DNA of 63,990 nucleotides, the filler included, from Dimargaris cristalligena (Eukaryota): assembly GCA_003614675.1 (NCBI GenBank). It is 3 parts of 3 records of this genome, joined end to end, with 100 filler letters (N's around TTAATTAATTAA, not from the genome) between each part and the next. Parts side by side here need not be neighbours in the genome. Positions count along the whole stretch, not along the records: positions 43,585 to 63,990 come from ML002699.1; 2 more parts are not named here. The stretch is one strand, 5' to 3'. Positions 58,789 to 63,990 of this stretch are shown here, one piece after another (within the stretch, counting starts at the first letter, position 1; each line of letters opens with the position of its first letter). The notes beneath the pieces were generated by a model. The model saw only the letters and a program-made list of their open reading frames with translations. It was not told the DNA's origin and ran no database searches. Made by a program: the position numbers and the translations under genes.

Positions 58789-61347
58789 ATGAATACTTCC
58801 GTACATAGCCGCACGTACCCGCGTTCGCCGGTATCACCCAATTATTTCGGTTCGGCTCCGCTCGTCCAGGGTAAAGCCGCCGCCCCAGCCGCCGGCGGCT
58901 CGTTGTCCGTAGTGCCCCGCAAGGTTTTCCGGTATGTCCGTTCGAAAGTATCCGGAAGCACCGGGTCGACCGGCCGAGCCTACAACACGAGCGATTCCAT
59001 GGCCCGCAACCTTTTCACATACCGTTCATCATCCACGTCTTCATCCTCCACTTCTGGTTCGTTTTCGGCCCGCCAGGGCCCGTTGACAAGCCCTCCCGCC
59101 GCTGCCACTACGACACACCACGGAGGAGCGAGTCCCTATTATATTGCGGGGGCGACCTATGCGTCCGAACCCTCCCTCCTAAGTGGCCCAAACGGCAGCA
59201 CTTACGCCGACTCCCATTATCAGACGACCCCACCTAGTCCCCTGTCCAGTATCCTTACCGATGGCCAGACCGATGGTTATCACCGTCCCGGAACTGCCAT
59301 GTCCCTCAGTTCTTCCCAGATGAGCCAGGACTCACAGACCCTCCTCAGTCCCACCCATCCCTCCTACGCCGATCACTCTAACTATGGCCATCAACTTCCA
59401 AGTTTTAGCCAGCTAAGTCGATCCCACCAGTTACCAACGGCGCCCTTGCTCCTGCAGCCGCCGTCCCCTACGGTGGTGCGGGCCCGGTCCTCGTCGATGT
59501 ATACCCCCAAAGTGGACGACGACTACTTGACTAATCCTTTCAAATCCGCCATTTACCTGCGGCAGGGAAGCGGGTGTCTCTTGGGTCTACCCGGCTATAC
59601 CGTCGATTTCGAATTGGCCGCCCAGCTGCTCCACCTGAGCCAGAAATTATTAAACGTCGAAGCCACCGCCCTGCTGGGCTTTTGCTATGAGTTTGGCTTA
59701 GGGGTGACCGTTGACTATCAGGAGGCCGAACGACTCTACAATCGCGCGGCGGATGCCGGCAATGGGTTGGCCCAGGCCCGCATGGCCTTCTTCCGCAAAT
59801 TCGGCCGGCCGGGCATCAAAATGGATCGCCTGGAAGCGGAGCGCTGGCAAAGGACGCTGAACCACCAGGGTCCGAATGGCATCCAGTGGATCCGCCAAGC
59901 CGCGGGAGAATTCCAGCTGGCCGCGGCCGAATACTGTTTGGGCCTGTGCTACATGGAAGGCCAAGGCGTCGTAAAAAACGACCAACGGGCCTTCCATTGG
60001 TTCCAGAAGGCGGCCCTCCAGCACCTCGACCGGGCTCAGAGTGTTCTCGGCTACTGCTATGTGGAAGGCTGCGGCGTGGCCAAAGACCCCGCCCAGGCCC
60101 TCCACTGGTACCGACTCGCGGCGGACCAAGGTGAGAGCATGGCCATTTACAATCTCGGCTACTGCTACGAATACGGCGTCGGTGTCAAACGTGACGTGCA
60201 CCAGGCTTACAAATGGTACCGCCGGGCCGCCGAACAGGGCAATGCGCTCGCCCAGAACTCGCTGGGTTACTGCTACGAGGACGGCATCGGTCTCGCCCGA
60301 AACCCCACCGAGGCGGCCAAATGGTACCGCCGGTCGGCGGAGCAGGGGTATCCCTGGGCGCAATGCAACTTGGGCTACTGTTACCAGTACGGCATCGGTG
60401 TCACCAAGTCGTTCGAAAAAGGTGCCCTCTGGTACCGCCGGTCGGCCGAACAGGGTTATTCCCGGGCCCAGCACAACGTGGGCTTCTGCTACCAAAACGG
60501 TATCGGTGTCGAACGGTCCGGCCAGCTGGCCTTCCACTGGTACCGACAGTCAGCCCAGCAGGGCAACGTATTCGCTTATCATTCCCTAGGGTACTGCTAC
60601 CAATACGGTACAGGGGTCGAAATCAATCTCCCTCGGGCGGTGGAGTGGTACACCAAGGCGGCTTGCCAGGGCCATGCGCCCGCCCAACTCTCACTGGGCT
60701 ACTGTTACCGTAACGGCATCGGCGTGGCCCGGATTAATCTGCCCATCGCCTACGACTGGTTCCGCCAGGCCGCCGAACAGGGTAACCACCTGGCCCAGAA
60801 TTCGCTCGGCTACTGTTTCGAAGAGGGTCTCGGCGTGACCGCTGATCCGGCCGCGGCTTTCAAATGGTACTCGGCAGCAGCCGCGCAGGGGAATGCCTGG
60901 GCGCAGTGCAATGTGGCCCAGTGCTACCTCCAGGGCATCGGAACCCCTAATACTGGTGGTGAGCCCGATCCCGTCCGGGCCGTGGAATGGTTCCAACGCG
61001 CGGCGGAGCAGAACCTCGCCCGGGCCCAACAAAAGTTGGGCTTCTGCTACCAGTTGGGTATCGGCATGGCCGAACCCCAGCCCGAACGGGCAGTCCATTA
61101 CTATACCCTCGCGGCCCAGCAGAATAACCCCGCCGCCCTGTTGCATTTGGCCACCTGTTATGAACAGGGCATCGGGGTCGCCGTGGACCTCGGCCAGGCT
61201 ATCCATTGGTTGCAACGGGGGTCCACGTTGGGTGATCTGACCGCTAACGAACGGTTCCGGGAACTCATTGTTCGCTGTTCGTTGCGTCAAACTAAAGCGC
61301 GTGCGGCGTTCGGGGGCCAAGTGAGTCCCATTGCCCGTTGCGCTTAA
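58789..61347 (+). CDS. SEL1-like repeat protein, 852 aa: ~250-aa Ser-rich disordered N-terminus plus about 15 SLR units
   Basis: Tandem ~36-aa units AQxxLGYCYxxGxGVxxxxxxAxxWYxxAAxQG; no signal peptide, transmembrane helix or CaaX box visible. Confidence 0.92.
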   Translation: MNTSVHSRTYPRSPVSPNYFGSAPLVQGKAAAPAAGGSLSVVPRKVFRYVRSKVSGSTGSTGRAYNTSDSMARNLFTYRSSSTSSSSTSGSFSARQGPLTSPPAAATTTHHGGASPYYIAGATYASEPSLLSGPNGSTYADSHYQTTPPSPLSSILTDGQTDGYHRPGTAMSLSSSQMSQDSQTLLSPTHPSYADHSNYGHQLPSFSQLSRSHQLPTAPLLLQPPSPTVVRARSSSMYTPKVDDDYLTNPFKSAIYLRQGSGCLLGLPGYTVDFELAAQLLHLSQKLLNVEATALLGFCYEFGLGVTVDYQEAERLYNRAADAGNGLAQARMAFFRKFGRPGIKMDRLEAERWQRTLNHQGPNGIQWIRQAAGEFQLAAAEYCLGLCYMEGQGVVKNDQRAFHWFQKAALQHLDRAQSVLGYCYVEGCGVAKDPAQALHWYRLAADQGESMAIYNLGYCYEYGVGVKRDVHQAYKWYRRAAEQGNALAQNSLGYCYEDGIGLARNPTEAAKWYRRSAEQGYPWAQCNLGYCYQYGIGVTKSFEKGALWYRRSAEQGYSRAQHNVGFCYQNGIGVERSGQLAFHWYRQSAQQGNVFAYHSLGYCYQYGTGVEINLPRAVEWYTKAACQGHAPAQLSLGYCYRNGIGVARINLPIAYDWFRQAAEQGNHLAQNSLGYCFEEGLGVTADPAAAFKWYSAAAAQGNAWAQCNVAQCYLQGIGTPNTGGEPDPVRAVEWFQRAAEQNLARAQQKLGFCYQLGIGMAEPQPERAVHYYTLAAQQNNPAALLHLATCYEQGIGVAVDLGQAIHWLQRGSTLGDLTANERFRELIVRCSLRQTKARAAFGGQVSPIARCA

Positions 61348-62470
61348 AGATATAAAAAAAAAGATGGCCAAATCAACAGACAATCTAGCCACGACGAGAA
61401 CATCACCTCTCCTTCCTCGCCATCCACGCCGTCACGGTTTTTTCCGTCGTTGAGGTTGTGGTAGAGGTGGATAACCAGTCCAGACGGAGGAAGAGGGGGT
61501 GATTTTCTCCTGGATTGGAAAATGGAACTCGCGGATATACCTTCAATCCTTGTCGGTACGCTAATCGGGTTGATTCACTTCGAGAATCGGTACGATCGAC
61601 TGTTTTCCTAATTTTCCGAATATACTTTTATTCTACTCGCCCTTTGGTGGTGATTCCCTTAAGGTTAATCGCCCCCCCTCCAACGACTGTATGCTTGGTG
61701 TCAATATCCGCCACATGCCGTTTATTTTTCTGTTCTTCAAATTAATATCCAATACCCCCTTCCTCCCCCCGTTAATGAACATGTACTTTATCATCAATTT
61801 CTTTTTATGTTTGCTTTCTGGCTCCCATGAATTTCGTTGCCTTACAACGACAATATCCTTTTCTATTTCACTGACTTTTCGAACATTTTTTGACCACCAT
61901 TCGCTAATGATCGTTTATGAATTATCTCCCGTTACCCACTATCATTTGTTTGTTTATATGGTCTTGTTAATGATACTTCTCAGCCTGACTTGCTGCGAGC
62001 CTATTGAAATTATTCGCAATCCTATGTAAATCCCCACCCTTAAATAAATATGACGAATACCATCTGAAATAAACCCGTGCTATAGTGAGTTCATGCTGTA
62101 CCCTCCGAAACCCCATTGATGGATGCTTAGGTTCTACTTAGAGAGAAATCAGGCCTTACTCAGTCCCTCTCAACTCTTTCATAATAAGTAACTATCCTAC
62201 CGGAAATATATATGGTTTACTAGAAGTGGAATGGGAGAGGTTCAGCACGGCCATATAATGACACGTACATCTGTTGAGCATGGTTTCACTGGGGTTAAAT
62301 AATTTAACTGCCCGCTTTTTCACCAGCGTTTCATTTAAACTCATAGATGGTATGTATTGAATTTTACCCCTATAGGGAAGTATGGTGAAACTAGACAATA
62401 TAAGACCATTACTCCAACTTAATGAAAAAGTACCCGGAAGGGAGCATGTGTCACATTAGTAGATCAATAT

Positions 62471-62604
62471 GGGAGAAGTTCATACAGGCTGTATAGTGAA
62501 AAATCTGTGGGATGAGGCCAATATTACTGGTTAAAAGCTATTCTCACATGTTTGCCCATACATGTATTATGTAAAGCCTTATACAGCTGGTTTGAATTTC
62601 ATCC
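62471..62604 (+). mobile_element. ~135-bp MITE-like element, copy A
   Basis: Imperfect ~25-bp TIRs GGGAGAAGTTCATACAGGCTGTATA / TATACAGCTGGTTTGAATTTCATCC; ATAT on both flanks. Confidence 0.8.
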
Positions 62605-63206
62605 ATATACTGGGAGCTAGCAATAAAACTGACTGTATTCCCAACCAACACCAGATTAATTCCAGAGTCTTGCTTTTAGAATGAATGGTCTATCCCATAT
62701 CCAGTCTACTAAAGTTGAAAATACAAAAAGACATGTCCTTTGAAGCTGGTATAACTAAATACCCCTCCTCATCTTCCTCTGTGGGACGCAGCTCTTATGC
62801 CAGTTTTATTGGGCAAGGTGTTTCAGGAACCTATTTTTGGCCTAGAAGGTTCCCCCACCAGCCTGGGTAACTCCTATTAGCAAAAAAATCCCCAAAAAAC
62901 AGAATCTGCATATTGAGGTAGTGACCCACCTGGTTGACTCAGTCACTACTTTGACTATGCAATCCTATAAAAGTACTGGACAAGGGCCACTGAGGGGGGA
63001 ATATGACAATAACTGAGGGGACTTTGCCATTAAGGAGACCTAGTATTTTATTATTACCTTTACTGTTTAGAGAAAGGTGGCAAAAAAAGATCATGTGAGG
63101 AAGGTTGATGGCCCTGATTAGTTCTCAAATGAAGTAGACTTTTATTTAAAGTGAGTCTAAGGTAGGTGACCTTTTGGTTATAATTTGCCATCCACAGGGA
63201 ACATAT

Positions 63207-63344
63207 GGGTGAAATTCAAACCAGCTGTATAAGGTTTTACATAATAAATATATATGGGTGAATATATATAAGAATAGCTTTTAACCAGTAATATTGGCCT
63301 CATCCAATGGATTTTTTATTATACAGCCTGAATGAACTTCTCCC
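63207..63344 (-). mobile_element. ~135-bp MITE-like element, copy B (inverted relative to A)
   Basis: Reverse complement aligns to copy A end to end, including GGATGAGGCCAATATTACTGGTTAAAAGCTATTCT; ATAT on both flanks. Confidence 0.8.
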
Positions 63345-63583
63345 ATATTAAAGGATAATTAGCTTAAAAACCCCCAAAAGCTACAAATAAAGAGGGAAAG
63401 GACATAGGGAGGATAATGAACAGACCCTAGGAAGAAACCAGGCCCTTATGACAACTTACCTAACTTAGCTGGATAGGGCCATTTGGTTCTCAGACACACA
63501 AGATGGGGCCAACCATTGGCTTTTGTGATTGGGGTTAGGTAGCCATTTTCAGCCCTGTGACTCCCCCCTTATGGAATCCAGTT

Positions 63584-63719
63584 GGATGAAATTCAAACTA
63601 GCTGTATAAGGCTTTACATAATACATATATAGGTGAACATATGTGAGAATAGCTTTTAACCAGTAATATTGGCCTCATCCAGCATATTTTTCATTATACA
63701 GCCTGAATGAACTTCTCCC
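63584..63719 (-). mobile_element. ~135-bp MITE-like element, copy C (same orientation as B)
   Basis: GGATGAAATTCAAACTAGCTGTATAAGG...AGAATAGCTTTTAACCAGTAATATTGGCCTCATCC...ATTATACAGCCTGAATGAACTTCTCCC is nearly identical to copy B. Confidence 0.8.
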
Positions 63720-63990
63720 ATTTATTTTCTGGATTAGTAGCAATTGATTACCAACTACTTCAGTATCACAGAGAGCTGGGGGTGGCCTTATACATTAACC
63801 AGGCTGAGCAAGGAGAAGGAGGAAACCTAGTTATGCTATGGTTTAAAGATGTGGGTATATGTATGTTGCCAACAATTTGAGGGGTGTGGTGAACTTACCA
63901 CATTTTTTACCTACTTTTATTTTTATCTATTTTTCGCACTTATTGGAAGTACGCCCCTGACGAGTGAATGAGCCCCTGCCCCTGACGAGT

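Noticed and set aside
59930..61230. Periodic ~108-nt DNA repeats as a CRISPR-like array
   Set aside because: They are the coding SEL1 repeats, vary at synonymous sites and lack repeat-spacer structure.

Overview
Eukaryotic, fungal-type genomic DNA: GT-AG spliceosomal introns of about 150-300 nt and fungal-type gene families. An early-diverging lineage such as Zoopagomycota or Mucoromycota is my inference, not established. The window is three contigs joined by two artificial 100-nt spacers (N44-TTAATTAATTAA-N44 at 21698-21797 and 43485-43584), so adjacency across them is not biological. Contig 1 is gene-dense: an LRR protein (3'-truncated), RNase H2 subunit A, BUB3, a LAMTOR3-like roadblock protein, GEP4, a small secreted orphan protein, SHY1/SURF1, a mitochondrial NAD+ carrier, GLTP/HET-C2 and tRNA-Arg(ACG). 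Contig 2 holds the 3' end of a gene, SVP26/TEX261, about 14 kb without recognisable genes, a Gti1/Pac2 (WOPR) transcription factor and a truncated tRNA-Val(AAC). Contig 3 holds a decayed Ty1/copia fragment, an ATF/CREB bZIP factor with CRE sites in its own promoter, about 10 kb of non-coding DNA, a long SEL1-repeat protein and a CpG-depleted repeat block. Best leads: (1) a ~135-bp MITE family (4-5 copies) whose copies record CpG-to-TpG/CpA decay, implying repeat-targeted CpG methylation; (2) an ATF2-like MAPK phospho-switch motif plus autoregulatory CREs in the bZIP gene; (3) a secreted glycine-rich orphan protein; (4) very long, apparently spliced leaders on the regulatory genes. I cannot support a wholly new multi-gene system from the sequence.
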